Source: an uncultured Pseudomonadota bacterium
GTDB lineage: Bacteria; Vulcanimicrobiota; Vulcanimicrobiia; Eremiobacterales; Eremiobacteraceae
Direction of reading: 5' to 3'
Length of the DNA stretch: 64,000 nucleotides
Assembly (NCBI GenBank): GCA_963736005.1
Contig: CAVTNB010000001.1
Location: 1,408,001 to 1,472,000 of the forward strand
Shown here: in pieces, positions 45,866 through 57,382 of the stretch
How the letters are laid out: every line of letters begins with the position of its first letter
How positions within the stretch are numbered: position 1 is the first letter of the stretch
The notes under the pieces: model-generated
The model's database searches: none
The model's input: the letters and a program-made list of their open reading frames with translations, nothing else
Told to the model about the DNA's origin: nothing
Position numbers and translations under genes: made by a program

Positions 45866-46807
45866 ATGACGTTGAACAGGTTTGCCGCCGTTGCATGCGC
45901 GGTCGTCGCGCTCGGGCTCGTGCCAGCGCTGGCAGGCTGCGCGAATACCGGAGATAAGACCATCGTCTCGGTCAACGGCGAGAAAATTACGAAGTCAGCG
46001 CTCGACACCCGCCTCGAGGGCCAGGCTGGCAAGACCACGCTGCAGCAAATGGTTGATACGGCAATCGTGCTGCAGTACGGCAAGCAAGCGGGCATTAATC
46101 CGACCGATGCCGAGATTCAAGATCAAGTGAACCAGCTCGAGCAGCGTTTTCCGCCGGGCCAGTTCGACACGATTTTGAAACAGCAAGGGCTCACGATGGA
46201 CGATGTCAAGACGATTGAAAAGGTCCAACTGATCATCAAGAAGGCCGTCGACAAGCAGATCAGCGTGAGCGATGCGCAAATCGCCGACTTCTACAATAAG
46301 AATACCGCGATGTATAGCACCCCCGCCCAGGCGCGCGCTCGCCACATTCTCGTAAAGACCAAGGTCCAAGCCGACGCGATCGAAGCTCAACTCAAGAGCG
46401 GTGCCGATTTTGCATCGCTGGCCAAGAAATACTCCATCGACCCGGGCAGCAAAGATCAAGGCGGCGAACTCGGTTGGTTCTCGGCAACCCAAATGGTCAA
46501 GCCGTTTTCAGATGCGGCTTTTTCTCTGAACGTCGGGCAGACCAGCCAGCCGGTGAACACGCCGTTCGGCTGGCACATCATCCAGCTGGAAGGCAAGCGT
46601 CCGGCCCACCAGTCAACCCTCGCCGAGGCGACGCCCAAGATCCGTGACTCGCTTGTGCAGCAACAGGAAGCGTCAGCGGGCGCTCCCTTCATCGAACAAT
46701 TACGGAACAAGGCAAATATTCAAATCTACGACGATCGGTTCAATCCGCTCTTCCCACCGCCTCAAACCCCCGGCATGAGCCCGTCGGCGGCTCCCTCCGG
46801 CAAGTAA
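45866..46807 (+). CDS. prsA: PrsA-like parvulin peptidyl-prolyl isomerase lipoprotein
   Basis: Lipobox LAGC, ARHILV, LAKKYS.DPGS..QGGELG, MVKPF, FGWHII. Confidence 0.88.
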   Translation: MTLNRFAAVACAVVALGLVPALAGCANTGDKTIVSVNGEKITKSALDTRLEGQAGKTTLQQMVDTAIVLQYGKQAGINPTDAEIQDQVNQLEQRFPPGQFDTILKQQGLTMDDVKTIEKVQLIIKKAVDKQISVSDAQIADFYNKNTAMYSTPAQARARHILVKTKVQADAIEAQLKSGADFASLAKKYSIDPGSKDQGGELGWFSATQMVKPFSDAAFSLNVGQTSQPVNTPFGWHIIQLEGKRPAHQSTLAEATPKIRDSLVQQQEASAGAPFIEQLRNKANIQIYDDRFNPLFPPPQTPGMSPSAAPSGK

Positions 46808-46817
46808 CAATCGCACA

Positions 46818-46850
46818 GGCGCGGGCACGACCCGCGCCAAACCTTTTCTT
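46818..46850 (+). terminator. Possible intrinsic terminator / hairpin
   Basis: GGCGCGGG-CACGA-CCCGCGCC followed by a loose T-rich tail. Confidence 0.35.
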
Positions 46851-46852
46851 CC

Positions 46853-48046
46853 ATGCCCGAAGTGTCAATTGTTGGTCTGGGTCCGAGCGATGCTCGGCTT
46901 TTGACCATTGGTGCGCTCGATTGCCTGCGCGCCGCTCCCAGAGTTTTTACCTGCAACGCCTCGCCCGCAACGCTCCAATACTTGCGCGAAGCCGGCGTCA
47001 ACGTCCAAAGCACTCCTTTCGACGGTGGGGCACTGCTGCGCGGCGTTGCGAGCGCGGCCGAAGCAGCGAGCATCCTGTTCGCCGAGGGTGACGGTGCGCT
47101 GGGCGTCCCCGGGCATCCGCTGCTCGACTTCCCCGGACTGCCTCATTTGTTGCGCGCGCTCTCGGAGCGCGGCGTGAGGGCAACCATCATCCCTGGCGTA
47201 CCACGCTCGGCTCTCTCTGCCGCGGCCATGTCGCCACTCATACCCTTGCCGCCGGTCGCCGTCCACCACAGTTGGGACGAGCTGGTCGAGATCATGGCTC
47301 GGCTGCGCGCCTGCTGCCCGTGGGATCGAGAGCAAACCCATGCCTCCTTGCTCCCCTACCTCGTCGAAGAAGCGCACGAGGTTGTCGAAGCCGTGGACGA
47401 ACAGGATGCAAAAAAATTATGCGAAGAGCTCGGCGATCTGCTTCTACAAATTATTTTTCATTCGCAGATTGCGTGCGAGCGCGGGCAATTCGCGGTCGCT
47501 GACGTCATCGACGCACTCGCCAACAAGATGATTCGACGCCATCCTCACGTTTTTGGCGACGCAAGCATTTCAACGTCGCAAGAGCAGATGAAGTCGTGGG
47601 AGCTCATCAAAACGCAAGAGGCGTCGATTCGTCACCGCGAATCGCTGCTCGACGGCGTGCCCAAATCGCTTCCCTCACTGCTCCACGCGCAGCGTATCCA
47701 AGAGAAAGCTGGCACGATTGGGTTTGATTGGCCACAAGCGCGCGACATCATGGGGAAACTCGAGGAAGAGCTCGGCGAGCTACGGCACGCCATCGAGGAT
47801 GACGACCAGCATGGTATGCGCGACGAGGTCGGCGACCTGCTCTTCACCATCGTCAATTTGGCTCGGCGCAGCGGCATCGACGCCGAGGCAGCGTTGCGAG
47901 CGGCCAACAACAAGTTTCGGCGCCGCTTCGCAGCAATGGAGCAGATGGCGGGTGGCGGCGCAACGGCGCTCGCCAATCGCAGCTTGGGCGACCTCGACGC
48001 ACTCTGGCAGCAGGCAAAAGCGCTTGAGGCTGGACAAGTTTCTTAA
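46853..48046 (+). CDS. mazG: MazG NTP pyrophosphohydrolase with shortened tetrapyrrole-methylase-like N-terminus (YabN type)
   Basis: IVGLGP, CPWDREQTH, EEAHE, EELGDLLLQ, KMIRRHPHVFG, GFDW, EVGDLLF. Confidence 0.92.
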   Translation: MPEVSIVGLGPSDARLLTIGALDCLRAAPRVFTCNASPATLQYLREAGVNVQSTPFDGGALLRGVASAAEAASILFAEGDGALGVPGHPLLDFPGLPHLLRALSERGVRATIIPGVPRSALSAAAMSPLIPLPPVAVHHSWDELVEIMARLRACCPWDREQTHASLLPYLVEEAHEVVEAVDEQDAKKLCEELGDLLLQIIFHSQIACERGQFAVADVIDALANKMIRRHPHVFGDASISTSQEQMKSWELIKTQEASIRHRESLLDGVPKSLPSLLHAQRIQEKAGTIGFDWPQARDIMGKLEEELGELRHAIEDDDQHGMRDEVGDLLFTIVNLARRSGIDAEAALRAANNKFRRRFAAMEQMAGGGATALANRSLGDLDALWQQAKALEAGQVS

Positions 48047-48281
48047 AGTCGCAAGACTCGCCAAGCGTCGCACCGAGGCAAAAGAGGCTTTGGCTGCGGG
48101 CCGCATCGAGTCTGGCGGTCGAGCGCTGAAGGCGTCGCATGCGGTCAAGCAGGGCGATGAACTGGTCATTCACTACGCGAGCCGGACCCTTCGAGTTCGC
48201 GTCGAAGCGGTGCCTGAGAGAATGGTGCCGAAGCACGACGCCGGATCACTGTACACCGTGCTTGAAGATAAGCCGGCGTAA
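48024..48281 (+). CDS. S4-domain RNA-binding protein (YabO/Hsp15-like)
   Basis: MRLDKFLKVARLAKRRTEAKEA..GRI...KAS..VK.GD; TTG start. Confidence 0.88.
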   Translation: MRLDKFLKVARLAKRRTEAKEALAAGRIESGGRALKASHAVKQGDELVIHYASRTLRVRVEAVPERMVPKHDAGSLYTVLEDKPA

Positions 48282-48296
48282 GCTCTAAGGACTTTA

Positions 48297-49472
48297 ATGG
48301 ACGCGACCCCAGGACCCCAACTGACCATCGGAATGTTCAGCGACACCTATGTCCCCGAGACCAACGGGGTCGTGACGTCGATTGTTTCAACCGTTCGAGC
48401 ACTGCGCCGCCGCGGCCATCGGGTCATCATCGTCGGTCCCGCGCATCCGCAAGGCGATGAAGAGCATCCGGACGTCTTCCATCTGCGCTCGACGTCGTTT
48501 CCGTTTTATCCAGGATTCCGAATGGCGTTTCCGCTGCCCGCCAAACTTGTGGCAGGTCTGCCAAACGTTCCCTTTGACGTGATCCACGCGCACACGTTTT
48601 TCTTCATCGGCTGCTTGGGCGCGTATCTGGCCCACATGCGGCGCATGCCGCTCTTCTTTACCTACCACACGCGCTTTGAAGATTACACGCACTATCTTCC
48701 GGTTCACCAGCGCATCACGCGCCCACAAGCAGTGTGGCTGTCACGCGAATTTTCCAACCGGTGCGATCGCGTCATCGCGCCCTCAAACGGCACGGCGGAG
48801 CTGCTTCGCTCCTATGGCGTCACCGTGCCCTTCTCCCTTTTGCCTGGAGGCGTCGACCTTGAGAGCTTTGGCCCGGCCGACGTTGTGCCCGCTGCCATTT
48901 CCAACACCGGGGATGGTCCCGTGTTGCTCTCCGTCGGGCGCTTGGGCAAAGAAAAGAATTTGGATCTCCTCCTCGAGGCCTTTGCGAAACTTTCCGACCG
49001 CTGGCAACACGCGCGGCTCCTCATTGTGGGGGATGGTCCACACCGAGCCGAACTCGAACAGCGCGCGGGCACCCTTGGGATCGGTGACCGAGTTGTGTTT
49101 CTTGGTGCGCTCGAGCAACGCGAACTTGGTCCATACTACCGTAACGCTGATCTGTTTGTTTTCACGTCGATCACCGAGACCCAAGGCCTGGTCATCGTCG
49201 AAGCGCTCGCGCACGGACTTCCGGTTGTGGCCGTCGACTGTCCGGTTTCTCGCGAAATCATCGTCGGCGACGCGGGGCTGTTGACGCAAGAGGACGCGGG
49301 GATGTTCGCGGCCGCTGTTGATGAATTTCTGAGCGAGTCAGCTCAGCGGCGCGCTGTGCGTGGTGAAGCAGCGCGGCATGCCGCGGCACCGTTTGGCGTT
49401 GATGCGCTCGCGCAGCGGCTTGAGGGACTGTATCTGCGCGCGCGGCGCAACGCGGTTGCCGCCGGCTCGTAA
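48297..49472 (+). CDS. GT4 glycosyltransferase (diacylglycerol glycosyltransferase-like)
   Basis: FSDTY.P..NGV.TS, TYHT, VGRLGKEKN, S.TETQGLV..EA. Confidence 0.85.
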   Translation: MDATPGPQLTIGMFSDTYVPETNGVVTSIVSTVRALRRRGHRVIIVGPAHPQGDEEHPDVFHLRSTSFPFYPGFRMAFPLPAKLVAGLPNVPFDVIHAHTFFFIGCLGAYLAHMRRMPLFFTYHTRFEDYTHYLPVHQRITRPQAVWLSREFSNRCDRVIAPSNGTAELLRSYGVTVPFSLLPGGVDLESFGPADVVPAAISNTGDGPVLLSVGRLGKEKNLDLLLEAFAKLSDRWQHARLLIVGDGPHRAELEQRAGTLGIGDRVVFLGALEQRELGPYYRNADLFVFTSITETQGLVIVEALAHGLPVVAVDCPVSREIIVGDAGLLTQEDAGMFAAAVDEFLSESAQRRAVRGEAARHAAAPFGVDALAQRLEGLYLRARRNAVAAGS

Positions 49473-49477
49473 CCTCG

Positions 49478-50344
49478 TTGTTTTCACAAGACGCCAAAGA
49501 CGAAGTCGCGAGTTATCGCGAACACCGGACCTGCTGCACGGGCTCTTTCGTTCGTGCGCTGCGCGTCTTTGGAACGGTCCGCAGGCGAGACGGAGCACGA
49601 ACGCTTGCGATCGCAAGCGAGCGAGCGGCCGTCGCGCGCGCGATTATCGCTGCAGCGCACAATGCCACGATTCAGGCACATGCGCGCCGCGCGCCACATG
49701 CTGGCGCTCGGGGGCGCTGGTTGGTCGAAATCTCGCTCAGCAATTCCTCGGGCAATTCGAGCATCGCCTCTGGCACGCTTCCGCGGCGGAAGTGTTGCCG
49801 GCGCGCGGTGCTGCGCGCCGCGTTCTTAGCCTGCGGTTCGGTCAGCGATCCGGCGCGGGGCTACCACCTAGAATTTTTTTGCCGAGATGATGATGCGGCT
49901 CGTCTTGTGTGCGATCTCATCGCGAGCTTTGGAGGAGATGCGGGCATGACTCGGCGTCGCGGCCGCCCACTCGCGTACGTGAAGGACGCGCAGACGGTGT
50001 CTGTGCTGCTTGCGCATTTAGGGGCAACGAGAGCTGTTCTTCGACTGGAAGAACAACGCGCGCGACGGCAGACGAAGAACTTAATTCACCGCACGGTCAA
50101 TAGTGAGGCCGCCAATGCGGCGCGTGCCGCGGTGTCGGCCGCGCGCCAACGCGAAGCTGCGCGGCGAATCATGGCCAGCGTGGGTGCTGCGAAGATGTCG
50201 CGTGCCGTGCGTGAAGCTGCTCAGCTGCGCATCGCGCACCCCACGCGGACGCTCGCCGAGCTTGCGGAAGCGGCGAGGCCGCCGATTACCAAGGCCGCGA
50301 TGGCAAATAGGATGCGACTTTTGGAGCGCATCTCCAAGAGGTAA
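49478..50344 (+). CDS. whiA: DNA-binding protein WhiA
   Basis: FS...KDE, LRAAFLACGSVSDP..GYHLE, YVKD, VN.E.AN, LR..HP..TL.ELA. Confidence 0.88.
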   Translation: MFSQDAKDEVASYREHRTCCTGSFVRALRVFGTVRRRDGARTLAIASERAAVARAIIAAAHNATIQAHARRAPHAGARGRWLVEISLSNSSGNSSIASGTLPRRKCCRRAVLRAAFLACGSVSDPARGYHLEFFCRDDDAARLVCDLIASFGGDAGMTRRRGRPLAYVKDAQTVSVLLAHLGATRAVLRLEEQRARRQTKNLIHRTVNSEAANAARAAVSAARQREAARRIMASVGAAKMSRAVREAAQLRIAHPTRTLAELAEAARPPITKAAMANRMRLLERISKR

Positions 50345-50370
50345 CCCGCGATGGAGCGGCGGACCACGTT

Positions 50371-50425
50371 GTAGCGGGCGACTGTAAAGTCGCCCTTGTA
50401 GGGGGCGATTCGAAAATCTCCCCAC
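50371..50425 (+). repeat. REP doublet: family C (GTAGCGGGCGACTGTAAAGTCGCCC) plus family D
   Basis: Family C copy 50371-50395 identical to 53489-53513; family D copy 50398-50425. Confidence 0.8.
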
Positions 50426-50453
50426 GTCCGCTCCGATCCTTGGAGGCACATCC

Positions 50454-51474
<1,021 letters not shown>

Positions 51475-51479
51475 TCGCA

Positions 51480-52699
51480 GCGCGCTGAAGCTCGGGAGAT
51501 CTCGATCTCGGCTCCGCGGCAAGCGCGTGCTGGTCCGCGAGGATCTCGAACGTACCGCTGGAAGACGGCCGCAATGACCGACACAACCCGCATCGATGCC
51601 GCCGTTCCGACGCTGCGCGAGCTTCGCGAGCGCGGAGCCAAGCATGATCGTCATGTCGCATCTCGGCCGCCCCGACGGGAAGGTGGTCGAAAGTCGCTCC
51701 GCATGACGCCGGTCGCCGCCGCCTTGAGCCAGGCCCTCGGCATGCCCGGTGACCGCTCGCTGCCGACTGCATCGGCGCGGCGCCCGAATCCGCAGTGGAC
51801 GCGCATGCACGACGGCGACGTGCTGTACTGCTCGAAAACCTGCGCTTCCATCCAGGAAGAGGAAGCGAACGATCCAACGGTTCGCCAGCGCAGCTGAGCC
51901 GGAACTCGGCGACTCTACATCAACGACGCGTTCGGGACCGCACATCGCGCGCACGCTTCGACGGTGGGCATCACCAAGTACTCTGCCCTCGTACATGGGA
52001 CCGCTGATGCAGCGCGAACTCGGAAATGCTCGACGAAGTCCTGCGAGACACCCGCGCCGGCCGTTCGTCGCGGTGCTGGGCGGCGCCAAGGTGTCCGACA
52101 AGATCGGAGTCATCGAGCGGCTTGATGTCGATGTGCGACGCGATCGTCATCGGCGGCGGCATGGCAAATACGCTGCTTCGCGGCGCAAGGCTTCGAAGTC
52201 GGCAAATCTCTGCGCGACAAAGATCTCGCGCCTGCGAAAAGATCTCATCCACACGATCGACCACGAGGCGCACGAAAGTCGACGTGCATCTCCGACGGAT
52301 GCGAGTCGTCGCGAAGCAACTGGCGCCCGAGGCGGAGACGCGCGACGTGGACATCGACAAATCACGGCCGACGAGATGATCCTGGACATCGGCCCGGGCG
52401 CCGCCGATGGATTTTCGCGGCGTCATCTTGAAGCGAAGACGGTGCTTTGGAACGGTCCGATGGGCGTGTTCGAAATGGACGCGTTCGCGCGCAGGGCACC
52501 GAAGCGGTCGGCCAGGCGATCGTCGATTCCGGCGCCATGTCGGTCGTCGGCGGCGGCGATTCTGCGGCGGCCGCGCACAAGATACGGATTCGCAGACAAG
52601 ATGACGCACATGTCCACCGGCGGCGGCGCGACGCTCGAGTACCTCGAAGGCAAGGAACTGCCCGGAGTTGCGGCGCTGCGCAACGCAGGCCGCGCGTGA
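51480..52699 (+). CDS. pgk: Phosphoglycerate kinase (many frameshifts, start approximate)
   Basis: [53 protein letters not shown]. Confidence 0.93.
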
Positions 52700-53505
52700 C
52701 GCGGCGCAGCCGCTGTTCGCCGCCAACTGGAAGATGAACAAGACGCCGGCACAGGCGCGCGCGATTTCGTCGCACGCATTCATGGGCCGCCGCGGAGCCG
52801 CTCGCTCGCCGCCGCGGACATCGTGCTGCTCGCGCCGTTCATGTCGACTCGAAGCGTTGCACGCGAGTCTCGCGCCGAGCACGAGTGCGCGATCGGCGCG
52901 CAGGACTGTTACTGGGAACCGCAGGGCGCTACACCGGCGAAATGAGCGCGGCCATGCTCGCGGCCGAGGGCTGCACGTATTGCATCGTCGGCCATTCGGA
53001 GCGACGTCGTTTGTTCGGCGAGACCGATGAGGACGTCGCCCGAAAGTCTCCGCGCTCTTGGCGGCCGGGCGTAACCCCGATCGTGTGCGTCGGCGAGACG
53101 CTCGAGGAAAAGCAGCCGGGCGTGACCGCGCAGCGAGTGGCCTGCGCAGATCGCCGACGGCCTAGGGTCATCTCGACGACGATCAGCGCGCGGAGACGTG
53201 GATCGCCTACGAGCCGATGTGGGCAATCGGCACCGGCCTCTCCGACGATCCCGACGGCGGCGAACGAGACGATCGCCTCATCCGCGCTTGACGCTCGGCG
53301 GACTCTGCCGACGCGCCCGCATCCTCTACGGCGGATCGATGAAGGCCGAGAACGCCGGCGCATACTGCGCGCAGCCGAAATCGACGGCGGACTCGTCGGC
53401 GGCGCGAGCCTCGACCCGCGAGCGTTTTTGACCCTCATCATGAACGGCCTCAAGAAAATGTGGGGCGATCGGAAAATCGCCCCACATCGTAGCGGGCGAC
53501 TGTAA
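52696..53505 (+). CDS. tpiA: Triosephosphate isomerase (many frameshifts)
   Basis: [49 protein letters not shown]. Confidence 0.93.
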
Positions 53506-53513
53506 AGTCGCCC
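53458..53513 (+). repeat. REP doublet: family D hairpin plus family C, overlapping the tpiA 3' end
   Basis: 12-bp perfect stem ATGTGGGGCGAT/ATCGCCCCACAT (53458-53487), then GTAGCGGGCGACTGTAAAGTCGCCC (53489-53513). Confidence 0.8.
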
Positions 53514-53529
53514 ACGCTCGAGGAGATCT

Positions 53530-55068
53530 ATGACCCTTTCTGATCCGCGCGTCGTTCTGTGCGTGCTCGACGGCTTCGGCATTTCCGACGAGACCGCGCG
53601 GCAACGCGATCGCCGCCGCGAAACTGCCGACGTATCGCGCGATGCTGGCCGCAAATATCCTCACTCCAGATCGGCGCCGCCGCAAGAAGCCGTCGGCTTG
53701 CCGCACGGCCAGCAGGGCAACAGCGAAGTCGGCCACCTCAATCTGGGCGCCGGCCGCGTCGTGCTTGCAAAGCGTCACCCGCATCGACAAGTGCGATCGA
53801 GGACGGAACGTTCGCGCAAAACCCGGCGCTCCAGCAATGCTTCGCGCACGTGAGGCGCACCGGCGGCACGTTCCATCTCCTCGGGCTCGTGTCGCCCGGC
53901 GGCGTGCACTCGTCGATGAAGCATCTGTATGCGCTCATCGACGCGGCAAAAGCGGCCGGCGTGCCGGTGAAAGTCGCGGCATTCCTCGACGGGCGCGACA
54001 CGCCGCCGCATAGCGCCGGCGCGTATCTCGAACGGCTGCAAGCCAAATGCGCGCAAGCCGGGAACGCGTCGATCTCCATGATTTCCGGACGTTACTTCGC
54101 AATGGATCGCGACAAGCGTTGGGAGCGCACAAAGGTTGGCATACGACGCGCTTGTCGAACGGCAAGGCGCTCAGCGCCGCAGGCTCGTCCAAGCGGCGAT
54201 CGATGGAGCATATGCCCGCGGCGAAAGCGACGAGTTTGTCGAAGCCGACGATCATCGGCACGCATCGACCCATCGTCACGACGGCGATGCGTGCTTCTTT
54301 TTCAACTTTCGCCCGACCGAGCACGCCAGCTCACGCGCGCTTTCTCGCAGCCAGATTTCGACGAATTCCCCGTCAAGCAGTTTCGCGATTTTGTTTTCGC
54401 CATCATGACGTTGTACGAGCAAGACTTTACGAATCCGGTAATGTTCGGAAAAATTTTCGAGAAGTGGACGCTGGGCGAAGTTGTCGCGAGGCGGGTTTGC
54501 CACAACTTCGACTGGCGGAGACCGAAAATATGCGCACGTAACCTACTTTTTTTCCGGTGGGCGCGAGGAGCCGTTTGACCTGGAAGACCGGATTCTGGTG
54601 CCGTCGGCGCGTGACGTCGGCACGTACGATCATCTTCCCCAAATGCGGGCACGCGAAATCACCGATAGGGCCGTGGAAGCGATCCGCGTCCGAAACGCTA
54701 TCCGCTGATCGTCATGAACTACGCCAATCCCGACATGGTGGGTCACACGGGTAAGTGGGATGCGATCATCATCGCGCTTGAGGTTGTTGATGAATGTCTC
54801 GACGCGGCTCGAGGCGGCCGTCCTCGAGACCGGCGCAATCATGCTCGTCACCGCAGATCACGGCAATGCGGAGGAAAAGATAGATCTCTCGACCGGCAAA
54901 GAGCTAACCGCCCACACGTGCAATGACGTGCCGCTCATCGCCGTCAGCAACCCAAGACTTGGCGGGCTGAAGAGCGGCGGTAAACTCGCCGACGTCGCTC
55001 CATGCATCTGTCAGATTTTAGACTTGCCACAGCCGGCCGTAATGACCGGTCACTCGCTGCTCACGTAG
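53530..55068 (+). CDS. gpmI: 2,3-bisphosphoglycerate-independent phosphoglycerate mutase (frameshifted)
   Basis: [63 protein letters not shown]. Confidence 0.95.
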
Positions 55069-55074
55069 TCTGCT

Positions 55075-55749
55075 CTATCCCAACCGCCAAAAATCTCCAC
55101 TGAGCCCCAACTCCGCAAACCTCGCCTGCGTTTCTTCCAGGGTGAAGCGCCGCCAGTTTGGGTCGCGTCGGTCGCCACTGTACCATGCGTTGGCAAGTCG
55201 CCAGCATTGGCCGAGCGGAAGCACGGCACCGCGATCGAAGCGCCAATCTTTGCACCATTTCGCAACGTGCTCTTCCGACCGGAAGAGGAGCATGGTCTTT
55301 CAGTTAAAGACGATGTCGTCCCACCATCGCGCCGCAGGAAGAGCGAAATGAGCAATGCGTTCGTCGTCATCAGTACAGTCGTCCGGTGCTTGCAACGTCA
55401 TGGCCGTGCCGCAGCAGCCACATGAAGTTTCAATGCGGGCTTTGCCTCGGAGCATTGCTGCGATGCCCATTGCATCCCAGATGCAGTTGCCATACCAAGA
55501 AAATTGGCCAATGCTCACAAAAAACGGGGTCGGCACTGCCGAGAACGGATTCGCCATGAGGATCTCGCCATTGCGTTGCAAGACGAACATGTGCGCGTCA
55601 CTCAGCCGGCGCAACGCGTCGCGGATATTTGCCTGCGTCGTCCCAGTCGTTGAGACCAGCGTGGAAATCAATGGTACCGTGCCGCCGGCCATGAGCTTTT
55701 CGTAGACCAATCGGCGCAACTCTAAATCTAACGCTTGCAGATCTGCCAT
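55075..55749 (-). CDS. Organomercurial lyase MerB-like protein with in-frame TGA (candidate selenocysteine) at 55300-55302
   Basis: N-terminal HTH-like region, PFS..PTPF, NCIWDA (CxxD); ORFs 55300-55749 and 55075-55293 are in one frame separated only by TGA-AAG-ACC. Confidence 0.8.
55268..55292 (-). promoter_or_regulatory. Candidate bacterial SECIS hairpin
   Basis: CTCTTCC-GGTC-GGAAGAG; loop starts 19 nt after the TGA and begins with G. Confidence 0.65.
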
Positions 55750-55805
55750 ACGCTTTCGTGTTTGACAGTCGCTGCCCCGATCACTCGCGGGTGCAGGAGC
55801 GCGTT

Positions 55806-55830
55806 AGCGGACCTAAAGGTCCGCTGCTAC
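55806..55830 (-). repeat. Intergenic REP family B copy (GTAGC-AGCGGACCT-TT-AGGTCCGCT)
   Basis: Perfect 9-bp arms after GTAGC; matches the coding copies except for one loop base. Confidence 0.85.
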
Positions 55831-55970
55831 ATCCGCGACTTGACCGACTACACGTCTGCGGCGACACGAACGTAGCGCTCGTTCACAATTTGGCCATAAC
55901 TTGAGCAGCGGCGCGGTCAAACATCGCCTATAAGGTTAGCCTCCCACGAATCTTACGGAGGCTTTCTTCG

Positions 55971-56654
55971 ATGAATACTCCGGATGCGCTGACGTCGGCT
56001 GCCAGCGGCATGCGCACGCAGGCCGCCGAGCTCGACACCGTCGCTTTCAACCTTGCCAACGCTTCAACCGTGGGGTATCGTTCGCGCACCGAGGCATTTT
56101 CCCAATTCGGTGAGGGCCTTGTGGCGCACGCGGGCACAAGCCAAGCACAAGGCCCATTGCGTCACACCGGCATTGCAACAGATCTCGCGCTGGTTGGCCA
56201 AGGATACTTTGCCGTTGCAACTCCCCAAGGCGTGCGCTATACGCGCGATGGGCGCCTGAGCCCAGACCCGCGGGGTTACTTGCGCGACGCTGCAGGCAAT
56301 CCAGTCCTCGGATCCTTAGGGCCCGCTCGCTTCCCACAGAGCGCGCGCGTTCTCGAAGATGGGCGAATCATCGCCCACGGTGCGATCGTCGACCGTCTGC
56401 GCATCGTAACCTTTGATTCGCCGTGTTCGGCCCTCGATGAGAATCTTTTTGCGGCGCCTGTCGAGTCGGTGCCGAAGCGATCGTCTGCGGCTGTGCGCGC
56501 CGGATATCTTGAGGATTCCGGAGTTGATGCTGTCGCAGAGATGACCTCGCTGATTTCCGCGGAACGCGCATTCGAAGCAAATCAAAAATCCATTCAACGT
56601 ACCGACGAATCGCTCCGCAGACTGGTCACCGAAATCCCGCTGGTGCGGCCATGA
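55971..56654 (+). CDS. flgF: Flagellar basal-body rod protein, FlgF-like
   Basis: NLANAST.GY, DLAL.G.GYFAV, YTRDG, GYLE.SGVD..EM, R.FEANQK. Confidence 0.75.
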   Translation: MNTPDALTSAASGMRTQAAELDTVAFNLANASTVGYRSRTEAFSQFGEGLVAHAGTSQAQGPLRHTGIATDLALVGQGYFAVATPQGVRYTRDGRLSPDPRGYLRDAAGNPVLGSLGPARFPQSARVLEDGRIIAHGAIVDRLRIVTFDSPCSALDENLFAAPVESVPKRSSAAVRAGYLEDSGVDAVAEMTSLISAERAFEANQKSIQRTDESLRRLVTEIPLVRP

Positions 56655-57382
56655 ACAAGACTCTCGCGGTCGCCGCCGCAGGCATGGCCACCCAGCAAGC
56701 CGTGCTCGATAGCATCGCTGCAAATCTGGCCAACGTCGATGTGCCCGGCTATAGAGTAACCCGCACCGATTTTTCCGCTTTTATGAATGCGGACGGCCGC
56801 GTCATGGCACCGGAATCCGGAGACGCGCGACGGCTGTTCACCCAAGGCCATTTGGACCCGACTGACAATCCGCACGACCTTGCCATTGACGGTGAAGGTT
56901 TTTTCTCGGTCATCACTGCGGCTGGCCAACGAGGCTATACACGCGCCGGCAACTTTTTGCCGGATGCAATGGGTCGCCTGCGCCTTCCGAATGGAGCGGT
57001 TCTCGAAGGCGTTCGACTTCCTTCCGGCACGGTCACCTTCACGGTGGACGAGCGGGGAAAAGTGCTGGCGCAGGTAGCCGGTCGCCCAGGGGACGCGGGC
57101 GCGGGGCGCATCGCCCTTGCGACCTTTGCAAACAATAGTGGATTGCGTCTTGGCCCCGATGGATTATTCTACCAAACTCCCGCGGCTGGTCGCGTGCGCA
57201 GCGAGCCAGGCGGCGCACCGCTCGGCAAGATCAAGCAGCGCTGCTTGGAGCGGGCCAACGTGACCGTCGTCGCGGCTATGATGGCGGTCCTCGCCGCCCA
57301 GCGTGCATATGAGGCAAACGCGAAGGTCGTGCAGGCGGCCGACGAGATGCTCCGCCTCGCGAACAATCTCGAGCGCACCTGA
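56651..57382 (+). CDS. flgG: Flagellar basal-body rod protein, FlgG-like
   Basis: NLANV..PGY, DLAIDGEGFF, YTRAGNF, LE.ANV, AQRAYE.N.KV.QAADEML. Confidence 0.82.
   Translation: MNKTLAVAAAGMATQQAVLDSIAANLANVDVPGYRVTRTDFSAFMNADGRVMAPESGDARRLFTQGHLDPTDNPHDLAIDGEGFFSVITAAGQRGYTRAGNFLPDAMGRLRLPNGAVLEGVRLPSGTVTFTVDERGKVLAQVAGRPGDAGAGRIALATFANNSGLRLGPDGLFYQTPAAGRVRSEPGGAPLGKIKQRCLERANVTVVAAMMAVLAAQRAYEANAKVVQAADEMLRLANNLERT

Noticed and set aside
55860..55970. c-di-GMP riboswitch or sigma-28 promoter upstream of flgF
   Set aside because: No GNRA tetraloop/receptor architecture and no convincing TAAA-N15-GCCGATAA match
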